Origin: Spirochaetes bacterium RBG_16_49_21
Lineage (GTDB): Bacteria > Spirochaetota > UBA4802 > UBA5550
Direction: 5' to 3'
Assembly: GCA_001829495.1 (NCBI GenBank)
Contig: MIBJ01000049.1
Span: 2,101-66,100, forward strand
Length of the DNA stretch: 64,000 nucleotides
Below, piece by piece: positions 55,872-64,000 of the stretch; within the stretch, counting starts at the first letter, position 1; the number at the start of each line of letters is the position of its first letter. Made by a program: the position numbers and the translations under genes. A model generated the notes under the pieces. The model saw nothing but the letters and a program-made list of their open reading frames with translations. It was not told the origin of the DNA and searched no databases.

Positions 55872-57896
55872 TCACGGGTTCTTCGAATCTATCAGCTCAT
55901 ATATCTTGACGGGCCGCTCTTTGCCCTTAACCCGTATGAGATCGAGCTCCCGCGCAATAATGCGCTCTTTCACCTGCTCATACGTGTATTCGCTGACGAT
56001 GATATTCGTCCCGTAGATTTTATTGGTTCCTTCAAGACGTGCTCCGAGGTTGACCATATCCCCCATCACCGTATAATCCATGCGTGAGGATGATCCCACC
56101 AATCCGACGACCATGCCGCCGGTGTTGATGCCGATACCGATGTCGAGAGTGTCCTTTCGCTGCTCTTTCCAGGCCGTATTCATCTCATGGAGCTTTGAGG
56201 TCATCTCCAGCGCCGCCTTGCAGGCGCTCAAAGCGTGGTCCTCTTGAGGAATGGGGGCTCCCCAGAAGGCCATGATCGCGTCGCCCATATATTTATCCAG
56301 TGTGCCGTTATATTTAATAACGATGTCCGTCATCGCCTGAAGATAAAAATTCAAATGGTCGACGAGCCCTTCGGGGGTCAATTTTTCGGATATGCTGGTA
56401 AAGCCGCGGATGTCGGAGAAGAGCACGGTCACGATCTTTTTCTCTCCGCCCAGCTTCAGCATCTCCGGGCTCTTCAAGAGCTCTTCGACGACCTCGTGCG
56501 ATACGAATTTTGAAAAGGTCTGCTTGATGAATTTTTTTTCCCTCTGTTCGGTTAAAACCCGGTACGTGACGATCAACATGAAGGAGATGCCGCTCTGTAT
56601 CACCGGGGTTACAAAAGTCGGGGTGTAGCTGTAAAAATGAAACATGAGATAACTCCCGACCACGTATATGATCGAAAAAGCAGCGGTGAAAATGAGGGAG
56701 GCGATGATGGAAAGCCGGGGTACGATAAGCCCGAGCGCCAGTGCTATGATGAGCATGATTATTATATTCTGTAGATCGCTGAGCTTGTACAGAAAGTCCT
56801 GGTTCAATATGGTGTTGAGCGCGTTGGCGTGGTGGTCTATGCCGAAGGTTGCTCCATAGGGGGACGGCTTTTCGTCTGTCGCGATCCCTGTAGCCGCATA
56901 AGCCGCAACCAGTATGATTTTATCTTTGAGGGATGTATTTTTTTCTTTGATCATGTTCCCGTCGCGGCAGAAGTACCGGTACGAATAGTGCTCGAAGCTT
57001 CCGAATCCGCCGATATAGTTGACGTTCATAAGGCCGCTGCCGTCGATAGGAATTATAATCTCTCTTTTTTTATTCGGCCTCGCCATCTTTTCCGGCGGAA
57101 GGTTTTTCAGCTTGACATATCTTCCCCACTCTATCTCGACATCCTTTCTCCCGATTCCGAAATAGTGCATAACCACGATCAAATCGATATTGGGATAGTA
57201 CCACCCGTTCCATTTCAGAACGAGCGGCATGGTCCGGACGATTTTATCAGGGCCGGGGAAGACATTGGCGAAGCCGATCCCCCGGGCGGCATTCGATAAC
57301 AGCGGAGTCGGCGGCACGGGCTCCGCGACATGCTGTTTTGTGGCGTCTTCCGGGTCGACCGGGAAGCGCAATCTGTTTAAAATCGCGAGCCGCTCCTGCT
57401 GGTCGTTGTAGTCCTTTTCTATTTCTGTAAGCTCGAAGGGATAGTCGAGGAACACGTTTTTCGCGTCCCGGATCGCGGCTGCGAGCGTGCTTTCATGCGG
57501 CTTATGATCAAGGAACATGATGTCGTACAGTATGGCGCGCGGCTCGCCGGATCCGATATATCGGGTCAACTGGGCATGTTTGTCCCAGGGGAAGGGCCAC
57601 TGGATTCCCTGGTCTGAAAAATATCTGATGGTCGATTCATCAATTCCCACGATGATGATGTCTTTCCGGGCGTTTGCATTAGGCATTCGTTTTTCTATGC
57701 CCTTGGGGAGCTTTTTTTTATCCATATCCGGATCTTTATATTCGCTGGGATCCCGAATATAAAACATATAATCAGTCGCTCCCAGCTCCATCCGTTCGAA
57801 TACGGCTGAGAAGAAAAATATTGAGCTGATCAAAAAAGCAATGAGGGCTATGAGCAAGCCGATCAGATGATTTCTGCTGAATTTCATGAAGGCCAT
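55872..57896 (-). CDS. CHASE2 sensor domain adenylate/guanylate cyclase (class III)
   Basis: 674-aa ORF with an N-terminal TM segment, a periplasmic CHASE2-like region and three further TM segments. The cyclase domain shows VTVLFSDIRGFTSISE..GDAIMAFWGAP..IGINTGGMVVG. Confidence 0.8.
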   Translation of the reverse strand: MAFMKFSRNHLIGLLIALIAFLISSIFFFSAVFERMELGATDYMFYIRDPSEYKDPDMDKKKLPKGIEKRMPNANARKDIIIVGIDESTIRYFSDQGIQWPFPWDKHAQLTRYIGSGEPRAILYDIMFLDHKPHESTLAAAIRDAKNVFLDYPFELTEIEKDYNDQQERLAILNRLRFPVDPEDATKQHVAEPVPPTPLLSNAARGIGFANVFPGPDKIVRTMPLVLKWNGWYYPNIDLIVVMHYFGIGRKDVEIEWGRYVKLKNLPPEKMARPNKKREIIIPIDGSGLMNVNYIGGFGSFEHYSYRYFCRDGNMIKEKNTSLKDKIILVAAYAATGIATDEKPSPYGATFGIDHHANALNTILNQDFLYKLSDLQNIIIMLIIALALGLIVPRLSIIASLIFTAAFSIIYVVGSYLMFHFYSYTPTFVTPVIQSGISFMLIVTYRVLTEQREKKFIKQTFSKFVSHEVVEELLKSPEMLKLGGEKKIVTVLFSDIRGFTSISEKLTPEGLVDHLNFYLQAMTDIVIKYNGTLDKYMGDAIMAFWGAPIPQEDHALSACKAALEMTSKLHEMNTAWKEQRKDTLDIGIGINTGGMVVGLVGSSSRMDYTVMGDMVNLGARLEGTNKIYGTNIIVSEYTYEQVKERIIARELDLIRVKGKERPVKIYELIDSKNP

Positions 57897-58045
57897 GGGT
57901 AGACCTTTCCCCGCTCTTTCAATATTTTCAAGCGTTTTATTGAAGGCAAAGAAAATTTTCGCCGCTTATTATTCTTGACAAAAAACCTATATTTCTACTT
58001 TTTTAATCTCTTCATGAATGTTTACCACACTGATGAGGCCTGTCC

Positions 58046-59716
58046 TTGAATCTAAAAAATGAGATCTCACGGATAATAGCGCACGCGGTTGTCTCGGCGG
58101 TCGAGGACGGGATATTCCCGAAGGAGGTTTCCCAGGTTGAGGCTAAGGTGGAATATCCCCGGGACCAGAAGTTCGGGGATTACGCAACGCCGTTCGCCCT
58201 GGAATCCGCGAAATTGATCAGAAAATCTCCCCTGGAGATCGGCGCGTGCCTGGCCAAATACCTTGCGGCTGATCCCCGGATCGGCAAGGTGGAAGTGGCC
58301 AAACCCGGATTCATAAACATATTCGTATCCAACAGCTTTCTTTTTAACAACCTAAAGGAGATCATCCGCCAGGGCGCGGACTACGGCAGGAGCGGTAATA
58401 TTAATCCTCGGCGGGTGAACCTGGAATTCGTTTCCGCCAATCCCACCGGGCCGCTCAACATCGTATCCGCGCGCGCCGCAGCCGTCGGGGACACGATCGC
58501 AAATCTGCTTGAATTCACCGGCGACGAGGTGGATCGCGAATTCTACGTGAACGACTACGGCAACCAGGTGGCCTTGCTCGGAGCGTCGGTTCTGGCGCGC
58601 ATCCGCGAGCTGCGGGGAGGGCAGTCTGTTTTCCCGGAGGACGGATATCAGGGCGAATACGTGAAGGAGATCGCCGCCCATATCGCCGAAACCTTCGCTG
58701 ATGAGATCAACGCCATAGGCGATGAAAACCGCCTTATTGATTTTCTGGCGGAAAAGTCGGTGGCGTACAATCTGGAGCAGCAGAAGAAGGACCTGGAGGA
58801 TTTTAACGTTCGCTTCAAGACCTGGTACAGCGAAAGGGCGCTCCACGACAAGGGCGCGGTGCTTGAGGCCCGGGATATTCTTGCACAGGGTAATAAGAGT
58901 TATACTGAGGAGGGCAAGGTTTTTTTCAGATCAACGGATTACGGCGACGACAAGGATCGGGTACTCGTCAGGGACGACGGCCGGCCCACCTATTTTCTCG
59001 CCGATATCGCCTATCATAACGATAAGATCAGAAGAGGATACGATCTCATCATTGATATTTGGGGGCCGGATCATCACGGACATAGAGCACGCCTGTCCGC
59101 CGCCATGAAGGCGCTTGGCTTCAGCGAAGAGAATTTTAATATCCTGATCGCCCAGCAGGTGAATCTCCTCATGGATGGCGAGACCGTGAGGATGTCGAAG
59201 CGGATGGGCAGGTTTTCCACCATGCGCGACCTCATCAATGAGATCGGCGTCGACGTGGCGCGCTACTTCTTCGTCATGCGTTCCCTTGAAAGCCACCTTG
59301 ATTTCGACCTGACCCTGGCCAAGAAGGAGAGCTCTGAAAACCCGGTCTTTTATCTGCAATATGCGCACGCGCGCATATGCTCCCTGTTCCGGGAGGCACG
59401 GAAGCGCGGCGTGGCGTATGACCCCGGCGAATCACGGCGGGAGCTTCTCGAAAATGAAGAGTCGCTCGGCCTCATGAAGCATCTGGCCAAGTTCCCTGAA
59501 GAGGTGCTCGACGCGGCCCGGAAATACGAGCCGCACCGGATCACCACATACCTCATGAAGCTTGCCCAGGGGTTTCATAAATTTTACACCGAGCACCGGA
59601 TCATCACCGAGGACCGGGAGCAGAGCATCTCCTACCTCGCGCTTTCAGACGCGGCGCGGGTGGTGATGGCGAACGGCATCAAGCTTCTGGGCGTGTCCGC
59701 CCCCGAGATGATGTGA
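58046..59716 (+). CDS. argS: Arginine--tRNA ligase
   Basis: 556-aa ORF with a TTG start, FVSANPTGPLNIVSARA (HIGH-region equivalent), the MSKRMG (KMSK) motif, and the DALR anticodon-binding tail. Confidence 0.9.
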   Translation: MNLKNEISRIIAHAVVSAVEDGIFPKEVSQVEAKVEYPRDQKFGDYATPFALESAKLIRKSPLEIGACLAKYLAADPRIGKVEVAKPGFINIFVSNSFLFNNLKEIIRQGADYGRSGNINPRRVNLEFVSANPTGPLNIVSARAAAVGDTIANLLEFTGDEVDREFYVNDYGNQVALLGASVLARIRELRGGQSVFPEDGYQGEYVKEIAAHIAETFADEINAIGDENRLIDFLAEKSVAYNLEQQKKDLEDFNVRFKTWYSERALHDKGAVLEARDILAQGNKSYTEEGKVFFRSTDYGDDKDRVLVRDDGRPTYFLADIAYHNDKIRRGYDLIIDIWGPDHHGHRARLSAAMKALGFSEENFNILIAQQVNLLMDGETVRMSKRMGRFSTMRDLINEIGVDVARYFFVMRSLESHLDFDLTLAKKESSENPVFYLQYAHARICSLFREARKRGVAYDPGESRRELLENEESLGLMKHLAKFPEEVLDAARKYEPHRITTYLMKLAQGFHKFYTEHRIITEDREQSISYLALSDAARVVMANGIKLLGVSAPEMM

Positions 59717-59730
59717 GCGGAGGATCGTCG

Positions 59731-60966
59731 GTGAAACGCGTGACCGTGATGAGCACCGGGAATGAGCTTCTGTACGGGACCACCCTCGACACCAATGCGA
59801 GCTTCATCAGCGGGAAGCTCTTTCCCCTGTCTCTGGGGGTGCGCATGCATCTGACGGTCGGCGACGATACGGATGATCTGGAGCGCGCCTTTAGATATGC
59901 ATTGGACTGTTCCGATATCATCATCGTGACCGGCGGCCTCGGACCCACCGACGATGACAATACCATCGCCGCACTCCGAAGGATATTCGGCTTCCCGGTC
60001 GAAATCGATGAACGATCAAGGGAAAAGATGGAGCATTTCTTCAGGGATATGGGGACGCCCTTGTCCGGGGCTGATCTTAAAATGGTTGAGATTCCCCAAG
60101 GAGCGCGCGTGTTATTCAACAGCCGCGGCCTGGCTCCCGGCTTTATCATTCAGAATGAAAAGAATACCGTCATCGCTATGCCCGGCGTTCCTATGGAGAT
60201 GATGGAAATGACGGAGAGGGAGGTGATACCCTTCCTAAAGAAAGAATGCGGCGCTATGGAGCGGGCCTCCTTTTTTATCCGCGTCGTCGGAATGAAGGAG
60301 TCCGAGATCAATGAGAAGATAAAATCAATGGATATGGACCTGGGCCGGTTCGAATGGGGCATGACGGCGAAGCAGGGAATCGTCACCGTGACCTTTGCGG
60401 GGAAGGAGGAGGCGGCAGTCGATTTCGGCGGGATTGCGTCGGAGGCTCGACGGCTGTTCGGCGGCGGAATTCTTGATCCCTCGTTCGAGCGGCCCGAGCA
60501 AGAGGTCATCCATCGCATGCGGGAGAAGGGGATGACCCTGGCGGCTGCTGAATCATGCACCGGAGGGCTCATCGCTAAAAAGATTACGGATATACCCGGC
60601 TCTTCAGACGTTTTCGTCGGCTGCGTTGTCGCATACAGCAACGCGGTGAAGATGAGCGAGCTGGGCGTGTCAAAGGAATTGCTCTTCCGTTTCGGCGCGG
60701 TGTCCGAGGAGGCGGCATCCGAAATGGCGGCCGGCGTGCGCGTGCGGCTGGGTGCCGACATCGGGATATCCGCGACCGGGATCGCCGGGCCGGGCGGCGG
60801 GTCCCCGTCAAAGCCGGTAGGCACGGTCTGCTTCTGCCTTGCCGATTCACGCGGCAGCAGGCCGTTCACCCGGAGGATAAGCGGAAGCAGGGAGCGGGTG
60901 CGCGCGTTTGCATCGCTCATTGCCATCGAGTATTTGAGAAATTATCTGAAACAGGAACAAGGATGA
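59731..60966 (+). CDS. cinA: Competence/damage-inducible protein CinA (MoCF-like domain + NMN amidohydrolase PncC domain)
   Basis: STGNELLYGTTLDTN and IIIVTGGLGPTDDD in the N-domain; AESCTGGLIA..SDVF.G..V.YSN..K in the C-domain. GTG 59731 has a GGAGGA 7 nt upstream, whereas the track start is 59713. Confidence 0.8.
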   Translation: MKRVTVMSTGNELLYGTTLDTNASFISGKLFPLSLGVRMHLTVGDDTDDLERAFRYALDCSDIIIVTGGLGPTDDDNTIAALRRIFGFPVEIDERSREKMEHFFRDMGTPLSGADLKMVEIPQGARVLFNSRGLAPGFIIQNEKNTVIAMPGVPMEMMEMTEREVIPFLKKECGAMERASFFIRVVGMKESEINEKIKSMDMDLGRFEWGMTAKQGIVTVTFAGKEEAAVDFGGIASEARRLFGGGILDPSFERPEQEVIHRMREKGMTLAAAESCTGGLIAKKITDIPGSSDVFVGCVVAYSNAVKMSELGVSKELLFRFGAVSEEAASEMAAGVRVRLGADIGISATGIAGPGGGSPSKPVGTVCFCLADSRGSRPFTRRISGSRERVRAFASLIAIEYLRNYLKQEQG

Positions 60967-60973
60967 ACCTGCC

Positions 60974-63808
60974 GTGAATGCGTTTAAAATATATTTAATT
61001 TTCATCGCCCTGAGCGTTATGGCAGGCCTGCCAACCTCAGCAATGGACTCACGATCGCTGTTCGACCAGGGTATGGAGGCATATAGGTCGGGCAACTACG
61101 GCTCCTCCGAGCTTCTGTTTAAAAAGATTATAAATTCGGGCGAGGAGGAATATATCGACCGGGCGTGGTTTTACCGTGCGCTGTCGATATTCAACAGAAA
61201 GAAATATGATGCGGCCCTGTTCGAGTTTAAAAATTTTCTGAACCGATGCAGGACGGACGAGCTCGCCGTCGAGTCCCGTTACTGGACGGGAGAATGCTAC
61301 TTCAACCTGTCCGATTATCCCAACGCGATTGAGGAATACAAAAGATTCATCACCCGGGGCAAGGAGGGGGGGCTGGTGCCGAAAGCCCATGACCGGATCG
61401 GCGCAATTTATCTTAAGCAAAAACGATACGACGAGGCCGTTCTGGAATGGGAATCAGCCATATCAAAAAGCAGCAACCTGCAGGAGAACGCCCTCCGGCG
61501 GCTCTGGATCGGCGATGCCTATTTCCGCAACGGGAAGCTCGATGAGGCCCTGCAAAAATTCTCGCTCCTTGTATCGGGGAATGCGGACGTAAAAACCGTT
61601 TCGATGGCGAGGATGCTGAGCGGCCGTATATACCAGGAGAGAAAAAACCATCAGAAAGCGCTGCAGATGTTTAATGCCGTGCCTGAACATCTTATGGGTG
61701 AAGAGCCTTTTGGGGAAGTCCTCTTCTATAAGGCCCGGTCATACGGGGAGCTGGGCGATTTTTTGAAAGCCAGGAGCCTGCTTGAGATATTTCTGCACTC
61801 CAATAAAAGCTCCCCGTGGTATTATGATGGCCTGTACGAGCTGGGAAGGATTTTGATCGGCGGAACAGCCAGGGATGAGGGCATCGGAATGCTGGAACAG
61901 GTGAGGGCTGAATCCAAAGACGCCCGGCTCAGGGCAAATGCATCCCTGTTGATCGGCAACCTTTACCTTGACCAGCTTCCCGAGAAAGCGATACCCTGTT
62001 TTAAGGAATCGCTTAAAGACGCGGAGCCGGGAGAGAGGAACGAGCTCCTTGTTCTTCTCGGTAAAACCTGTTTGAAGGTGAAAAAGTATGATGAGGCCGT
62101 AGAATTTTTTGACACGTATTTAAAGGAGAATCCCTTCAACCGGGGACGCGATGAGGTTAATTTTTTCAAGGCGCGCGTTTATCTTGAAATGGGGAATATC
62201 GACGCCGCCGTTCATATCCTCGAGACGATCAGAAAGGACAATCCCTTCTCCAAGTTCAATATCGAATCCGGCTACTACCTGGGATTGATCGAGTACAACA
62301 GGGGCGATATGAAAAAGGCCGCCGCCCTCTTGCTTGAATACCTGAAGCAGGGGAGGGCGGGCAATACCTATGATGCTTATGTTCTTTTGATTCAGCTGTA
62401 TGTGCAAAAGGGCGAAATGGAAAATGCCGGCAGATTTGTAAATCTGTTGATCCGCGATTTTTTAGGCCGGAAGGGCGTGGAGGTTGTCATTAAAAATTAT
62501 GCCCTGGAGCTTATGAAGCGGGGCCGCACGGCGCGGAACTATATTGATCTAATCGTATCCAGGTTTCCCGAATCGGAAGCAACGGTGGAATTATATCTCA
62601 TGTTCGGCGATGAAAATTTTTCCAAAGGTAATTACGAAGCGGCGCTGGGCTACTACGAGAGATGCCTGGCCGGCACGCACATTAAAGACAGGGGAAACGC
62701 ATTTTACAAAAAAATTCTTTCATTATTTAATCTGAAAAGATATGGCGACGTTATCGCAACGATAAAGAAGGGGAATTTTCCCCCGATGAACGAGGTTCAG
62801 TGGACGGAGATACCGCTCATTCAGGCGCGGTCTTATTACCTGTTGAAAAGGTATGACGAGGTATACCTGCTGCTCGATATCCGGCATATACGCGATTTCC
62901 CCAAAGAGGATGTACTGATGTATATTAAAGGCGCCCTCCATGTCGGAGACCAGCGCTCGGCTATGGAGGCGAATGAATATCTTGAATCGGATAAACAGCT
63001 GTTCCCGGAATCATTATATATCATTGGGGATTTTTTTCTTAAAAGCGGCAATCTTGATGAAGCCGAGCTGTTTTTTTCAAGAATAATAAATGAGTGCCCC
63101 GGGAACAGGTTCGTCGATTATGCAAAAGTCTCCATAGCCGAGATATACGCGCGGAATAAAAAATTCCCGGCCGCCGTGAACCTCCTCTCCGAAGTATCGG
63201 GAAAGGAGATGCAGAGCCGGAAAAATGCGCAGTTGATCGCCTGCTATTTTGAAATGAAATCGGATGAGAGTGCGATTGCATTAACGCGGGAACATCTCAA
63301 TGATCTGCTGGCGGGTCAATACGGCGAAGAAGTCGTGAAGTATAACCTGAGCTATTATTACAAAAAAAGGGATTTACAGCATTTCGATCAGTATGTAAAA
63401 TATTTAAGCAGATACGGCGGTAATGAGCTTTTAATAAATCATCTTTCCGCGAAGATATACTTTGAAACGGGTAATTACCGCCGATCATATAATTATTTTT
63501 ACGCTCTTTCCAAAACAAAGAACCGGTACGCCGGGGAAGCTCTGTATCATCTGGGCATATTCAGTCTTCTGGTCAACAGAAGTGCGACGCATGCCGTCTC
63601 ATATTTTTCGAGGCTGGCGGATATGCCGGACGCAGACCCCGCTTTACGGCTTAAGGCTATGATACAGTGTGCTATTATATTTAAGGAATTGAATGACGAT
63701 AAAAGGGCGCGGGCCTGCCTGTTGCAGGTTCTATCGGGTACGGAGAGGGGTCTGCCGCATATACAGGCAAGCAACCTGTATGAGGCGTACGGCTATTCCG
63801 GCAAATAA
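60974..63808 (+). CDS. Large TPR-repeat protein with signal peptide
   Basis: 944-aa ORF with a GTG start, the signal-like segment IYLIFIALSVMAGLPTSA, and many 34-aa TPR-like repeats (..Y..A...F..). Confidence 0.7.
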   Translation: MNAFKIYLIFIALSVMAGLPTSAMDSRSLFDQGMEAYRSGNYGSSELLFKKIINSGEEEYIDRAWFYRALSIFNRKKYDAALFEFKNFLNRCRTDELAVESRYWTGECYFNLSDYPNAIEEYKRFITRGKEGGLVPKAHDRIGAIYLKQKRYDEAVLEWESAISKSSNLQENALRRLWIGDAYFRNGKLDEALQKFSLLVSGNADVKTVSMARMLSGRIYQERKNHQKALQMFNAVPEHLMGEEPFGEVLFYKARSYGELGDFLKARSLLEIFLHSNKSSPWYYDGLYELGRILIGGTARDEGIGMLEQVRAESKDARLRANASLLIGNLYLDQLPEKAIPCFKESLKDAEPGERNELLVLLGKTCLKVKKYDEAVEFFDTYLKENPFNRGRDEVNFFKARVYLEMGNIDAAVHILETIRKDNPFSKFNIESGYYLGLIEYNRGDMKKAAALLLEYLKQGRAGNTYDAYVLLIQLYVQKGEMENAGRFVNLLIRDFLGRKGVEVVIKNYALELMKRGRTARNYIDLIVSRFPESEATVELYLMFGDENFSKGNYEAALGYYERCLAGTHIKDRGNAFYKKILSLFNLKRYGDVIATIKKGNFPPMNEVQWTEIPLIQARSYYLLKRYDEVYLLLDIRHIRDFPKEDVLMYIKGALHVGDQRSAMEANEYLESDKQLFPESLYIIGDFFLKSGNLDEAELFFSRIINECPGNRFVDYAKVSIAEIYARNKKFPAAVNLLSEVSGKEMQSRKNAQLIACYFEMKSDESAIALTREHLNDLLAGQYGEEVVKYNLSYYYKKRDLQHFDQYVKYLSRYGGNELLINHLSAKIYFETGNYRRSYNYFYALSKTKNRYAGEALYHLGIFSLLVNRSATHAVSYFSRLADMPDADPALRLKAMIQCAIIFKELNDDKRARACLLQVLSGTERGLPHIQASNLYEAYGYSGK

Positions 63809-63823
63809 GCTTTTATCAAACAA

Positions 63824-63872
63824 GTATGTAAGAAATGGTGATGAGGAGATAGAAGAGATTGTAGATGTATAC
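63824..63872. repeat. Partial, diverged copy of the family-1 foldback element arm
   Basis: gtatgtaagaaatggtgatgaggagatagaagagattgtagatgtatac aligns by eye to the reverse complement of 25757-25805 (gtgtgtaagcaagggggataagaagatagaagagatgatagagatac). Confidence 0.5.
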
Positions 63873-63939
63873 GGGTAAAAGCTATAAAGGTTTATCTGGA
63901 CTAAGTAACTTGAGTTCAGTGATTTTTAATTAGAGCAGT

Positions 63940-63975
63940 CCTCCTCCCTTGATGGGAGGGGTGAGGGGAGGGTGA
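63940..63975. repeat. Family-3 G-rich palindromic element arm (the partner arm probably lies beyond the window end)
   Basis: cctcctcccttgatgggaggggtgaggggagggtga matches the left arm of 16649-16744. Confidence 0.6.
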
Positions 63976-64000
63976 AATAGATGTTTTCGGCATACATAAG

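Noticed and set aside
60150-60926. A 258-aa minus-strand ORF opposite cinA
   Set aside because: This is a shadow ORF. The plus strand has both CinA domains.

Overview
The window looks like a contiguous stretch of core chromosome from an uncultured-type, flagellated, diderm and probably anaerobic bacterium. The phylum cannot be assigned from sequence alone. I support about 55 protein-coding genes and found no rRNA, tRNA or CRISPR array. From left to right the content is: (1) a co-directional block at 129-9162 that starts with a two-gene AmmeMemoRadiSam system (a Memo-AMMECR1 fusion plus a radical SAM enzyme with a Tat-type signal), followed by a polytopic spermidine-synthase-like membrane protein and three exported proteins, two of which have transglutaminase cores. 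(2) capA. (3) A selenocysteine-encoding selD whose 5' part is missing from the ORF track because of an in-frame TGA followed by a SECIS-like hairpin. (4) An HD-GYP response regulator and a PAS histidine kinase. (5) rlmN, PBP1A, an M23 peptidase and two CNNM/CorC paralogs. (6) HIT, an SPL-like radical SAM protein, a frameshift-free prfB and two unknown proteins. (7) fliS, purC, proA, nadD, an LCP protein and rsfS. (8) An Nramp-related transporter with the Mg-type (NRMT-like) site, paired with a TM-less PRC/MgtE_N/CBS protein. (9) A complete 12-gene type II secretion operon (gspC-N) ending in an IspH fused to a degenerate UbiA-like membrane domain. (10) An AsmA-like protein, a CHASE2 cyclase, argS, cinA and a large TPR protein. 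Intergenic regions carry at least three families of palindromic or foldback repeats. One is a roughly 240-300 bp MITE-like element, of which one copy is flanked by an 8-bp direct repeat inside another palindromic element. All homology calls rest on motif recognition by eye, and no database search was possible.
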